From an uncultured Gemmatimonadaceae bacterium (lineage in GTDB: Bacteria; Gemmatimonadota; Gemmatimonadetes; Gemmatimonadales; Gemmatimonadaceae), in NCBI GenBank assembly GCA_963790305.1, contig CAWBOC010000006.1:160001-224000 (forward strand): a stretch of 64,000 nt of DNA, read 5' to 3'. Position 1 is the stretch's first letter, and each line of letters begins with the position of its first letter. Shown piece after piece: positions 21,097 to 30,834 of this stretch. Position numbers and translations under genes: made by a program. Below the pieces are notes generated by a model. It made no database searches. It was not told the origin of the DNA and saw only the letters and a program-made list of their open reading frames with translations.

Positions 21097-21779
21097 CTGA
21101 GCGGGTCGCCTGCGTCATCCCCGCCTATCGAGCTGAACGCACCTTGCCAGCGGTGCTCGAGCAGATCCGCGGTGCTCTCCCGGCTGCCCGCATCGTTGTC
21201 GTCGATGACGGATCGTCCGACGCCACGGCTTCCGTCGCGACGCATCTCGCCGATTGGACCATTCGTCTGCCGGGCAATCGCGGAAAGGGCGCCGCGTTGC
21301 GAGCGGGGTTCGAGGAAGCGTTGCGCGCTGGCGATGATGTCGTCGTGACACTCGACGCCGACGGCCAACACGATGCTGCGTACGCACCGGCGCTCATCAC
21401 GGCGCTCAGCGGATTCGATGTCGTGATCGGCGAGCGCGTACGACCCGGATCCTCCATGCCGCTCCGGCGTCGGATGACCAACGCCATGGCGAGTGCCGCA
21501 ATCGCGCGCGTCGCCGGGGTTCGGTTGCGCGACACCCAGTCGGGATTCCGCGCCATCCGTCGCGCGGTGCTCGAGCGGATTCATGCGCACGGCGACCGCT
21601 ACGAGTTCGAGACGGACTTTCTCATCCGCGCCGCCCAGGCCGGGTTTCGTGTACGCAATGCAACGGTGCCCACGGTCTACGGAGCGGTCAGCCACTTTCG
21701 GGGGATGAGCGACTCCGCGCGCATCGTCAGAACGATCTGGTCGCATCGGCACGCGAACACGCGCGCGAGGGCGAGCTGA
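21093..21779 (+). CDS. Glycosyltransferase family 2
   Basis: VIPAY, VVDDGSSD, NRGKGAAL, LDADGQH, DTQSGFR. Confidence 0.9.
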   Translation: MTERVACVIPAYRAERTLPAVLEQIRGALPAARIVVVDDGSSDATASVATHLADWTIRLPGNRGKGAALRAGFEEALRAGDDVVVTLDADGQHDAAYAPALITALSGFDVVIGERVRPGSSMPLRRRMTNAMASAAIARVAGVRLRDTQSGFRAIRRAVLERIHAHGDRYEFETDFLIRAAQAGFRVRNATVPTVYGAVSHFRGMSDSARIVRTIWSHRHANTRARAS

Positions 21780-22542
21780 TGCGGCTGCTGTGCACGAACG
21801 ATGACGGGATTCTCGCGCATGGCCTCGACTGTCTGGTCCGCGCCGCCGAGCCACTTGGCGAGGTCACGGTCGTCGCACCGGATCGTGAGCAGAGCGCGAC
21901 GAGCCATTCTCTGACGTTGCACCATCCGGTGCGTCCGATCCTTCGGGGCGACCGGCGGTGGCAGGTGGACGGCACCCCAACGGATTGCGTGATGCTCGCC
22001 GTCGAAGCGCTCATGGAAGGTCGTCCGGACTTCGTGCTCAGCGGTGTGAACCACGGGCAGAACATGGGTGAGGACGTGCTCTACTCGGGGACGGTGGCGG
22101 CCGCAATGGAAGGATTGTCGCTCGGCATTCCATCGATCGCGATTTCGTTTGCCGGGGGGGACCTTCGCGCGGATCCCCAACTACTGTCTGCACAGGTGAG
22201 TGTGTTGTCACGCCTGCTCGCGCACGTCGTGGCACTCCCGAACTTTCCGCGCGACACGTTGCTGAATATCAACCTGCCGCCGCTCGGCGGCGCCGAGATT
22301 CGCGGGGTGCGCGTGACCGCGCTGGGGCGGCGGGTGTACTCCGATTCCCTCATGCGCATGAAGGACCCGTGGGGGCGAGAGATCTACTGGATAGGCGGCG
22401 GCTCCGCCGCGTGGTCAGGGCCGCGAGGACTCTGACTTTCGCGCCATTCAGGAGGGCTTCATCTCCGGTCACTCCGCTGCACCTCGACCTCACCAACTAT
22501 CAGCTGCTGGATGCGCAGCACGATTGGTGGCGGGACCTGTAG
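21779..22542 (+). CDS. surE: 5'/3'-nucleotidase SurE; frameshifts near 3' end
   Basis: TNDDG, VAPDREQS, GTPTDCV, SGVNHGQN, YSGTVAAA; C-terminal TPLHLDLT recovered in another frame to TAG 22542. Confidence 0.93.
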
Positions 22543-23189
22543 CCCCGGAGTACCGCGGTCCGCGGCGACGGCTCGTCGAGCTGTTGCGAGAGCAGGGAAT
22601 CGCCGACCTCGCGGTGCTTCGCGCGTTCGACCTTACGCCACGTCACCTCTTCGTCCCGACCGGGATCAGACACCGCGCGTACGAGGATAGCGCGCTGCCC
22701 ATCGGCAACGGCCAAACCATCTCGCAGCCCAGCATGCACGCGCGCTATCTCGAGATCCTCAAGCTCACCGGGAAGGAGCGCGTGCTCGAGATCGGCACCG
22801 GGTCGGGCTATCAAACGGTCCTGCTGTCGCATCTCGCCGCGCAGGTGTTCTCGATCGAGCGCGTCGCGCCACTGCTCGAGTCGGCTCGCGTGGCGATTCG
22901 CGCTGCCGAAGCGAGGAACGTGTCGCTGCTTGCCGGTGACGGAACACTGGGATGGCGCGAGTACGCCCCATACGATGCCATCCTGGTCACTGCTGGCGCG
23001 CCCGACGTCCCGGAGCCACTCCTTCGGCAGCTAGCCGAAGGGGGCCGGCTGCTCGCCCCGCTTGGTGAGCGAGACGCGCAGGTGCTCACGCTCGTCATCC
23101 GACGAGGCGAGGCGCTCGAGCGTCGAGCCATTGGGCCCGCGAGGTTCGTCCCGCTCATTGGGCGGCATGGCTGGTCATCCGACGGGTAG
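22527..23189 (+). CDS. pcm: Protein-L-isoaspartate O-methyltransferase
   Basis: AYEDSALPIGNGQTISQP, VLEIGTGSGYQ, APYDAILVTAGA, RFVPLIG. Confidence 0.95.
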   Translation: MAGPVAPEYRGPRRRLVELLREQGIADLAVLRAFDLTPRHLFVPTGIRHRAYEDSALPIGNGQTISQPSMHARYLEILKLTGKERVLEIGTGSGYQTVLLSHLAAQVFSIERVAPLLESARVAIRAAEARNVSLLAGDGTLGWREYAPYDAILVTAGAPDVPEPLLRQLAEGGRLLAPLGERDAQVLTLVIRRGEALERRAIGPARFVPLIGRHGWSSDG

Positions 23190-23227
23190 GACGCTGGCCG
23201 CCTGTCGTGCCCCCCGTATATTCGCAC

Positions 23228-23942
23228 GTGAGAATGCTCATGGCCGACCAACACGACCACTCGCCGAAGCCGACACGCGCCGCGCCACCGCCGTTCGTGG
23301 GGCCTCCGCGCGCAGGCGCCTTGGCTCCCAAGTCGCGCGTCGATCGTCCCACGCTGCCACCGTTCTCTCCGCCATTCGTCAAGCGCCCTACGCCCGTCGT
23401 TCGCGAAGTGTCGGAGGAGCGCCGCAGCGAGCAGTGCCGCGCCGCCAGCACCCGCACCCCCGAGCGCGCCCGCCTGGCTCGATGTGGTACCTAACGAGCC
23501 GCCCGCGCCCGCACCGGGCACGGATGTTGGCATCGCCTGGGTGAACCCCGATGAGCCTGCGGTGGTCGCGCCACCTCAGGCGGCTACAGGAATCGAGTGG
23601 CTCGATTCGCCAGCTCCAGACTCCGCCGGCGCTGCCGCAACTGCGCCCGGTGAAGACGATGACGACCCGTTCGGGTGGGATCCCGCCGAAGAAAGAAGCG
23701 GCGCGCTCGATAGGGCGCCGACCTCGGGAAGCCTCGAGGCCCTCAAGGAGCTCGAGCCATGGGCCCTACCTGGTGCCGAGCCCTCGGCGTCGAGCCCGGA
23801 CGACGTTGCGAGCGCGCTCGAGCGTATCGCGGCGCGCGTTCGCTCGGGCGATTTGTTCGTGCCGAGCGCCTTGACCGCGGCCTCGGAGGAGGCGGTGCTT
23901 GCGGCCGTTCTCGCCGCACTTCTTCAGCGCGCGCGCGGATAA
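23228..23942 (+). CDS. Pro/Ala/acidic-rich hypothetical protein with helical C-terminus; frameshift near 23420
   Basis: Two ORFs (23207-23494 and 23484-23942) join into one reading frame if one base near 23420 is removed. The joined gene fills the pcm-acyP gap. Confidence 0.6.
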
Positions 23943-23946
23943 CAGG

Positions 23947-24219
23947 GTGCGCGGGCGCCTCGTGGTGAGTGGGCGCGTGCAAGGAGTCGGCTTTCGGTGG
24001 TTCGTCCGGGAAGCTGCCCGTCGGCATCGTCTCGCCGGCTGGGTGCGGAATCGCTCCGACGGCAATGTGGAGCTCGAGGTGTCCGGCGATGAGAGTGCCT
24101 ACCGCGAGTTCCTAGATACGCTCCGCGAGGGGCCGCCAGGCGCTCGCGTTGACGACGTTCGGGAGATAACGTCGAACCACGCCGAGTCGCTGCCTCAGCC
24201 TTTCACGATCATTCGATGA
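23947..24219 (+). CDS. acyP: Acylphosphatase
   Basis: [30 protein letters not shown]; exact start uncertain. Confidence 0.92.
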   Translation: MRGRLVVSGRVQGVGFRWFVREAARRHRLAGWVRNRSDGNVELEVSGDESAYREFLDTLREGPPGARVDDVREITSNHAESLPQPFTIIR

Positions 24220-24755
24220 CCGTCGTGCTCGATGTCGCATCGCGGGTCGCGGCCGCGATTCGCGACGTGCCCGATTTTCCAAAGCCGGGCATCATGTTCA
24301 AGGACATCACGCCCGTCCTCCTCGATAGCGCGCTGTTTCGGGATGCGACGGAGGCCATGGCGGCGCCTTTCGCCGGCGAGGGGCATCTCCCACGTCGTCG
24401 CGATCGAGAGCCGCGGCTTCATCCTCGGCGCCCCCGTCGCCCAAGCGCTCGGCGCGGCCTTCGTTCCCTTTCGAAAGCCAGGGAAGCTTCCGCACATCGT
24501 CGAGCGTGTAGAGTACGCGCTCGAGTACGGTGTCGACGCGCTCGAGTGCCATCGCGATGCGCTGCGTGGTGGGCAGCGAGTGCTGGTGCTGGATGATCGT
24601 GCTCGCGACAGGCGGAACCGCCGCGGCGGCGTGCGCGCTCGTGGAGTCTCTCGGCGCGACGGTGCAGGGGTGCTCGTTCCTGGTCGAGCTGGGGTTTCTG
24701 AGAGGGAGAGAGAAGCTCCGCGGCCGTCGCGATCGAGCGCGTCGTCGGGTACTAA
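24216..24755 (+). CDS. apt: Adenine phosphoribosyltransferase; about 3 apparent frameshifts
   Basis: [30 protein letters not shown] and VLDD/VLATGGT pieced across frames; stop TAA 24753-24755. Confidence 0.9.
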
Positions 24756-24928
24756 GGCGCCGCGGGATCTGGCCAGTTATGTCAAATGTGTCGTTGCCGA
24801 GCACTCCTCGGGTGTGCGCAAGTTATGTCATACTTGTCATCCTCCTAGGAACACCAGCCCCTCACACACGCCCTTGGGCTGTCACGGACCAATCGGGGCG
24901 TGTATGTTTGTGAGGCTCAACACTATTC

Positions 24929-25002
24929 GCCCCTGTAGCTCAGGTGGATAGAGCAGCGGTTTCCTAAACCGTTGGCCGGGTGTTCGAGTCACCCCAGGGG
25001 CA
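24929..25002 (+). tRNA. tRNA-Arg (anticodon CCT); CCA not encoded
   Basis: Cloverleaf with acceptor GCCCCTG/CAGGGGC, D arm GCTC/GAGC, anticodon arm GCGGT-TTCCTAA-ACCGT, T arm GGGTG-TTCGAGT-CACCC. Confidence 0.96.
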
Positions 25003-25040
25003 CTCAACCTCAAGACGTCCGGCACACCAGCACACCACTC

Positions 25041-25709
25041 ATGACGAAGACTGCCAACCCTCCCACGCGGCCGCAGATCGACGATCGCGCCGATACGTTC
25101 TTCCTCTGGATCCAGAGCCACATGCGGCAGGTCGCCATCGCCGGGGTAGTTCTCGTCGCGCTGGGGCTTGGCGTATGGCTATGGCGGCAGTCGCGCCTGG
25201 CGCGGGAGCGCAACGCGTCGATCGACCTTCTGAACGCCGCGCAGACGATCCAGTCGGGGAACCTGGCGCTGGCCCAATCCGACCTCGAGAAGCTCGTTTC
25301 CAGATACGAAGGCACGAACGCCGCGGCCCAGGCAGCCTTCGAGCTGGCCAGCATCTACTACGGGCAGGGTCAGTACGATCGAGGAATCGCGCTCCTGCAG
25401 CAGCTGGCCGCATCATCGAATGACCCCTTGGTGAAGGCCATGGCCGAGAACGGCGTGGCGGCGGGATACGAGGGGGGAGGCAAGTTCGCTGACGCGGCAG
25501 GGCACTATCGTCGCGCCGCCGAGCTAACGCGCCTCGAGGATGAGCGCGACATATACCTGGCGAGCGCCGCGCGCGCGTACCAGGCGGCCGGCAACAAGAC
25601 CGAGGCGGTTGCGATCTGGCGCCAGCTGATCGACTCGGAAGGACCGCAGGCAGCCGAGGCGCGCGTCCGACTCGGGGAGCTCACCGCCGAGCCCGCGAAG
25701 CAGGGCTAG
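25041..25709 (+). CDS. YfgM-like membrane-anchored TPR protein
   Basis: Single N-terminal TM helix (VAIAGVVLVALGLGVWLW) followed by TPR-like helices. Confidence 0.8.
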   Translation: MTKTANPPTRPQIDDRADTFFLWIQSHMRQVAIAGVVLVALGLGVWLWRQSRLARERNASIDLLNAAQTIQSGNLALAQSDLEKLVSRYEGTNAAAQAAFELASIYYGQGQYDRGIALLQQLAASSNDPLVKAMAENGVAAGYEGGGKFADAAGHYRRAAELTRLEDERDIYLASAARAYQAAGNKTEAVAIWRQLIDSEGPQAAEARVRLGELTAEPAKQG

Positions 25710-25757
25710 CAGCCGTCGTTGTGTTGCACGAAGTGGGTTGAACTACGCCCGACGAGA

Positions 25758-25785
25758 ACTGCGTATAAGATATGTTATGTAAACT
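25758..25785. other. Putative chromosomal dif site (XerC/XerD recombination site)
   Basis: ACTGCGTATAA-GATATG-TTATGTAAACT has 11-6-11 architecture, lies in an AT-rich gap between convergent genes, and sits at the global strand switch. Confidence 0.85.
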
Positions 25786-25816
25786 AGCACACGTGGGAAA
25801 ATGTGCAGAACTCCTG

Positions 25817-26632
25817 CTAGAGCTCGCCCAGCAACCCCTCGAATACCAATCGGCCCTCTCCCCTAAGTCTCGGTAGCACCCTGCCTTCCGACTCGCTGAG
25901 CCCAACATCGAGGGTGCAGCCTGACCGCGTGCGGAGCACCGTCTGAGCACCCGCGAGAGCCCAAGCCCTGAGCAAGGTTGCGGTGGCAACCGCTCCGGTT
26001 CCGCACGCCAGGGTTTCCGCCTCCACGCCTCGCTCGAAGGTTCGCATTGCCCACTGGGAGCCTTCCGGGGACACGAAGTTCACGTTGGCGCCGCCCGGTC
26101 CGGTCCAGGCAGCCCTTCGCAGCGCCGAGCCTCGTGCCGCCACGTCCACGCGGGCTACGTCCTCACATAGGACCACCACGTGCGGCACACCGGCGACGGC
26201 GTAACCCAGGCGCTGTTCCCCGGGCTCTGGACGCCCCTCAGCCGTCTCGCGAACCTCTCGGACGGGCGCGAGATCGATCTCAGGGCGATCGGCCACCACG
26301 CGGGATTGGAGGACTCCATCGTCAGTCTCCAGTGTCATCCCTGTCGGGTTCGCGAGGCCGAGGTCGGCGGCGAGGCGCGTGACGCACAGAGCCGCGTTGC
26401 CGCACATCGCGCCCACCGATCCGTCGCTGTTGAAGTACTTCATGAGGACGTCGGCCCTCGTGGACGGCTGCATGATCACGACACCGTCGGCGCCAATCCC
26501 CTGCCGGCGGTCGCACAGCCGCCGAACAAGCGCTGGCTCGGCCAACGCGCGGACGTCGCCGTCACGAGCGTCGAACACGACGAAGTCGTTTCCCGACCCG
26601 CTCATCTTGTAGAACCGTCGTCCGCGCGTCAC
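25817..26632 (-). CDS. dapF: Diaminopimelate epimerase
   Basis: FYKMSGSGNDF, GIGADG, NSDGSVGAMCGN, GVPH, ANVNF, RTFERGVEAETLACGTG. Confidence 0.95.
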   Translation of the reverse strand: MTRGRRFYKMSGSGNDFVVFDARDGDVRALAEPALVRRLCDRRQGIGADGVVIMQPSTRADVLMKYFNSDGSVGAMCGNAALCVTRLAADLGLANPTGMTLETDDGVLQSRVVADRPEIDLAPVREVRETAEGRPEPGEQRLGYAVAGVPHVVVLCEDVARVDVAARGSALRRAAWTGPGGANVNFVSPEGSQWAMRTFERGVEAETLACGTGAVATATLLRAWALAGAQTVLRTRSGCTLDVGLSESEGRVLPRLRGEGRLVFEGLLGEL

Positions 26633-27351
26633 ACCTTGCCTCGAATCGACCACCACCGAAGGCGCCACACCATCCACACCGCCTCGCGGACGATCTTCTT
26701 GGACATCTTGCTCTCGCCCTCTGTGCGGTCCACGAAGACGATTGGGATCTCGACGATCCGAAACCCCTTTTTCCAGGCGCGGAAGTTCATCTCGATCTGG
26801 AACGCGTAGCCGCTCGACTTGACGGCGTCGAGCGGAATGGCCTCGAGCACTTGGCGGCGAAAGCACTTGAACCCCGCCGTCGAATCGAACAGTTGGAGCC
26901 CGGTAATGACGCGGGCATAGACGTTTGCCGCGAAGCTGAGCAGCAAGCGACCGACGGGCCAGTTGACCACGGTGACGCGTCCGTTGCGATAGCGCGAGCC
27001 AATGACGACATCTGCGCCCTCGACGGCCTCCAGGAACTGCGGAAGATGCGCGGGATCGTGCGAGAAGTCGGCGTCCATCTCGAAGACGAAGGCGTACTCC
27101 CGAGCGAGAGCCCACTTGAAACCAGCAATGTAAGCTGTTCCCAGGCCTTGCTTTCCGGCACGGTGAATGACGTCGACTCGCGGGTTTCGCGCTTTGACGC
27201 CATCGACGATCGCCCCCGTGCCGTCAGGAGACCCATCATCGACCACCAGGACGTCGAGACGATCGTCGCGTGCAAGCACTTGTTCGATGATGCGCGCAAT
27301 GTTGTCCCGCTCGTTATAGGTCGGGATGATGACGAGGCCCCGCTCAGGCAC
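26629..27351 (-). CDS. Polyprenol monophosphomannose synthase-like GT2 (Dpm1/Ppm1 family)
   Basis: IIPTYNE, VDDGSPDGT, GLGTAY, EMDADFSH, SGYAFQIE, FVDRTEGESKM. Confidence 0.9.
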   Translation of the reverse strand: MPERGLVIIPTYNERDNIARIIEQVLARDDRLDVLVVDDGSPDGTGAIVDGVKARNPRVDVIHRAGKQGLGTAYIAGFKWALAREYAFVFEMDADFSHDPAHLPQFLEAVEGADVVIGSRYRNGRVTVVNWPVGRLLLSFAANVYARVITGLQLFDSTAGFKCFRRQVLEAIPLDAVKSSGYAFQIEMNFRAWKKGFRIVEIPIVFVDRTEGESKMSKKIVREAVWMVWRLRWWSIRGKV

Positions 27352-29791
27352 GGCGTCGGCGCTCCATCACTATCCCACCAACGATGAGGACCGCTGTGAG
27401 AATCAAGGCTACGGTAGTAATCAGCTTCCCGCGCGCGTAGACAGGGTCGTCGTAGAACAGTTGAACTCGGCGCGCGCCCGCGGGGAGCGGCACGCCGATC
27501 AAGCTATAGTCCGCTCGGGCGACTGGGCCTACCCGCCCATCGATCAGCGCGTACCAGCCACGATACCAGTTCTCCGACACAACGAGCGCCGATCCCTCCG
27601 GGGCCGGCCCGTCTAGCTCGACGGAGATCTCGCGCGATGATGGGTATCTGACGCGTGCGCGCGTGGACAGAGGTTCTCGGAGAACGGAAATCTGCGTCCC
27701 CTGCACCACCGCCAATGAATCGAACAGACCTGCACGGCGGACATCGAACGACGGGTTCAACACCGTCGCGAGAATGTCGCCGGGCGCCGCCTCGGTAATG
27801 AGCGGAACGAGCCAGGCTGCGGGGTTTGTCTCGCCGAACTCGAAGAGCCAAACCTCATTCCCCGCTGCGCTGCGCACGGGCCCGACCCGCCGTGTGAGTC
27901 GAACTCCCGGCAATTGTGGGAGGTCCGGCGGCAGTTCCGCGTCCGTCAGCCAAAAGCGAGTGTTGGTCAGACGTCGAAACTCCGGCTTGAGAAGGTTCGG
28001 CGGGAGATAGTTGTAAGGTGACTTCCCGCCGACCAGCTCGACCCATCGCTGAAACTCCGTTCCGATGTGACCGGTAACGGCGCGAACGCGATGGGCCACC
28101 AAAGCGTCGCCATGCATGACGGGGTCAGGTCCTCCTCCGCCCGCGACCCCGAGAACCATCACTCTTCCTGGCTCGTCGAGTTTTTGAAGGTACTCGATTG
28201 TCGGATCGGTGGCATAGATGACGCTTGCCGGAGGCGAGAACCGGAAGTACCGGCGCTCTATCGACCAGAGGTCCGCCGCTGCGAGTGCCACGAGCACCGC
28301 GGCGGCGCTGGCAGCTGGGAGGCGTCTTGCGCCTAACAGCCACATCACCCCGATGGCTGCGGCGACAAAGAGAAACGACCGCAGCGCACCTCCGATGAGC
28401 GCACCGGTGTTCGGCTCGACGAGCGCATACTTCTCTGGCGGAGCCAACGACTGTGCGATCGACGTGAGCGCCCCTCCGCCCGCGAGGATGACCACCACCA
28501 CGCCGAACACGCCCCACCCGATGAGATAGGTGCGCTTCACGCCTTCCCGCAGCAGCCGCTCCAGCCCGATGGCCGCGAACACGGCGATGGCCAGCTGCGC
28601 GATATAGAAGATCATGGCAGGGGCGCGCACGACCTTCATCATCGGCAGCAAGTACCAAAGTCGGTAGAACGGCGTGTGCCCGCCTAACGCGACCAACGTG
28701 GCGATGAGACCGGCGATTCCCCAGAACCACAGCTCCTTGCGCCGCCAGACGGCTCCAAAGGCGAGGCCAGCCATCATCAGCACGATCGCTCCGACGTACT
28801 CGCTATGGAGCTTGAAGAAATTGCGCCCCCAATATGCCTCGAGGATCCCCGAGAACTGGGGAAGATAGAAGTTGAACATTTCCTCGGGAGGCATCGAGTA
28901 CGACGTCGCATACTCGTAGCCGCGGGCAGTTCCGCGCGCCCCGAAATCCAGATAGGCATAAAACGGGAAGAACTGCAGGGCAGCGATTCCTACCCCCAAC
29001 AGCGCGGCCGCACCGGCAATGGCAATGCGGCGCACTGCGATGGGTCGCGACACGAGTTCGTCGCTGCCGCGTAGCGCGGTCCAGATCGTGAACGGAATCG
29101 CGAATATGGCAAGGTAGTACACCATCTGATTGTGCGGCGTGAGAATCGCGAGCCCCGTCACGAGCGCGATCATCCCCCACGCCCACGCGCGGCCGTCGCG
29201 CACCGCACGCACGATCATCCACAACAGCAGTGGCGCCAGCGCGCTCACGTACATCTTGCCGTCGTGCCCGGGCGAGACGAGCGACGCGACCTGCCCGCTC
29301 ATCATGTACGCGACGCCCGCGAACAGCGCCGGCCAGAACGTGAATCCGAGCGCGCGTACGAAGCCGAAGGTGAATAGGCCGGCGAGGAACAGGTGCAGCA
29401 GGAATGACCACGTCATGCCGACGTCCACCGGCAGCAGCAGCCTCAGGATGAACGTTGGGTAGAAGACGTCGCCGGCACCGCCCGCAGCGACGTAGGGGAT
29501 GCCGCCCAGGATGTAGGGATTCCATTGTGCGAACTCGCCGGTAGTGCGAAGCACGTCAGCCCCGAACTGCCGGTACGCGTAGCCAGTACTGAACTGATCG
29601 CTGCTGGAACTCACGAGAAACCGGCCGGCCAGCGCCTGGAATCCGAGCGCCAACGTGCAGAGCGCGTAGACGAGCGCCGCGCGCAGCACGGGCAGCGACG
29701 GCTCCGCGACGGGAGGCGCGGCATCATGTGGTGCGCGAGCGCGCGGCGACGAGCGCGTGGCGTCAGCGGATCGGGCGGTCGGAGCGGGCAT
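27344..29791 (-). CDS. YfhO-like polytopic membrane protein (GT-C fold glycosyltransferase)
   Basis: About 12 TM segments, QWNPYILGGIP and C-terminal LVVSENWYRGWYALIDG...ADYSLIGVPLPAG typical of YfhO. Confidence 0.8.
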   Translation of the reverse strand: MPAPTARSADATRSSPRARAPHDAAPPVAEPSLPVLRAALVYALCTLALGFQALAGRFLVSSSSDQFSTGYAYRQFGADVLRTTGEFAQWNPYILGGIPYVAAGGAGDVFYPTFILRLLLPVDVGMTWSFLLHLFLAGLFTFGFVRALGFTFWPALFAGVAYMMSGQVASLVSPGHDGKMYVSALAPLLLWMIVRAVRDGRAWAWGMIALVTGLAILTPHNQMVYYLAIFAIPFTIWTALRGSDELVSRPIAVRRIAIAGAAALLGVGIAALQFFPFYAYLDFGARGTARGYEYATSYSMPPEEMFNFYLPQFSGILEAYWGRNFFKLHSEYVGAIVLMMAGLAFGAVWRRKELWFWGIAGLIATLVALGGHTPFYRLWYLLPMMKVVRAPAMIFYIAQLAIAVFAAIGLERLLREGVKRTYLIGWGVFGVVVVILAGGGALTSIAQSLAPPEKYALVEPNTGALIGGALRSFLFVAAAIGVMWLLGARRLPAASAAAVLVALAAADLWSIERRYFRFSPPASVIYATDPTIEYLQKLDEPGRVMVLGVAGGGGPDPVMHGDALVAHRVRAVTGHIGTEFQRWVELVGGKSPYNYLPPNLLKPEFRRLTNTRFWLTDAELPPDLPQLPGVRLTRRVGPVRSAAGNEVWLFEFGETNPAAWLVPLITEAAPGDILATVLNPSFDVRRAGLFDSLAVVQGTQISVLREPLSTRARVRYPSSREISVELDGPAPEGSALVVSENWYRGWYALIDGRVGPVARADYSLIGVPLPAGARRVQLFYDDPVYARGKLITTVALILTAVLIVGGIVMERRRRA

Positions 29792-29809
29792 GGCGAGAAT
29801 CCAGGAGTG

Positions 29810-30751
29810 TCAGACCGCGCGCCGCGCCGGACGTCCCCGCGCCCGATACAAGCCGATGACGGACGCGGCCAGCAGAATCTCGAGCGCGATCATCCAGAGG
29901 CGCGCGCCGAGTGCGAGCGCCAGTGCGACGCGCCCATCGAGGACGGGGGTCAGCATTGCGACAAGGGCCGCTTCACGCACCGCGATGCCCGCTGGGGCGA
30001 AGACCGCGACGATCCCTGCAACGTAGCTTGCGACGAACGCTCCCCCCGCCACCGCGAGTCCGGGCGCCGAGTCTCCGATGACGGCCCGCGCGAATAACCA
30101 GAACGCGGCAGCATAGATGAGCCAGGGAATAACGAGCGCGGCCGTGTATCCCGCAAACGACCTCGATGACGGCCGCGGCCACGTGAACTCGCGCTTGACG
30201 AGTCGGCCGAGACCTCGGCCGATCGCTGGCATGACCAGCGGGATGGCGAATGCGACCGCCGCCAGAGCAAGGATCGCAATGATCGCCGTGACAACCGGAG
30301 GTAGTCCGCCGGCGATGGGCTGCACCCATCCCGGCGCCATCATCACTGCGACGACGACACCGGTTGCCAGTAGCACGAGCTGTTGCAGCAGCACCGCTCC
30401 GGTCGCGGCCAGAGGCGAAATGCCCTCGTCGGCCGCGAGTGCCGCGAGCCCCGCGAACTGCCACACTGCTCCGGGGATGAATCGCGCCAGATTCGAGAGT
30501 GACCAGATGCGAAGGGCGGACAGGAAGGACAGGCTCACGTTCCACCAGCGGAGGCTCGCGCTCCAGGTAAGCACCATGAGGGCGAAGGCGCCGAGCACGA
30601 GCGCCGACGCCGCGAGCAGCGCAGCCCAATCGACCGTTCCGTCCCACGCCGAGAAGGTGCCCGCGTGCTCCCTGGCGGTCTTCACCAGAAAGAGCACGGC
30701 ACCTCCAATGAGCACGATCTGCGCGCCGGCCCGCAGCCACCGAAGGGTCAC
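29810..30751 (-). CDS. LPG_synthase_TM / flippase-like membrane protein
   Basis: About 8 TM segments, SNLARFIPG, APAGIAVRE, RLW. Confidence 0.8.
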   Translation of the reverse strand: MTLRWLRAGAQIVLIGGAVLFLVKTAREHAGTFSAWDGTVDWAALLAASALVLGAFALMVLTWSASLRWWNVSLSFLSALRIWSLSNLARFIPGAVWQFAGLAALAADEGISPLAATGAVLLQQLVLLATGVVVAVMMAPGWVQPIAGGLPPVVTAIIAILALAAVAFAIPLVMPAIGRGLGRLVKREFTWPRPSSRSFAGYTAALVIPWLIYAAAFWLFARAVIGDSAPGLAVAGGAFVASYVAGIVAVFAPAGIAVREAALVAMLTPVLDGRVALALALGARLWMIALEILLAASVIGLYRARGRPARRAV

Positions 30752-30834
30752 GACGCAACCGGCTTCGCGCGGTGCGGTTGCATGGCGGCAAAGATACCAC
30801 TCGGGTGATGGGCGTGGAAGCGATATCTTCCCGC

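Noticed and set aside
24824..24840. TGTCAT-N3-TGTCAT as a Pho box
   Set aside because: The repeat period is 9 bp rather than the 11 bp of PhoB boxes, and no phosphate genes are adjacent.
24929..25709. tRNA-Arg as a genomic-island integration site
   Set aside because: I saw no integrase and no duplicated tRNA 3' end. The downstream gene is a core-type YfgM-like gene.
25817..27115. 432-aa extended DapF
   Set aside because: The extension overlaps the Dpm1-like gene in another frame. The GTG at 26632 gives a normal-length DapF.
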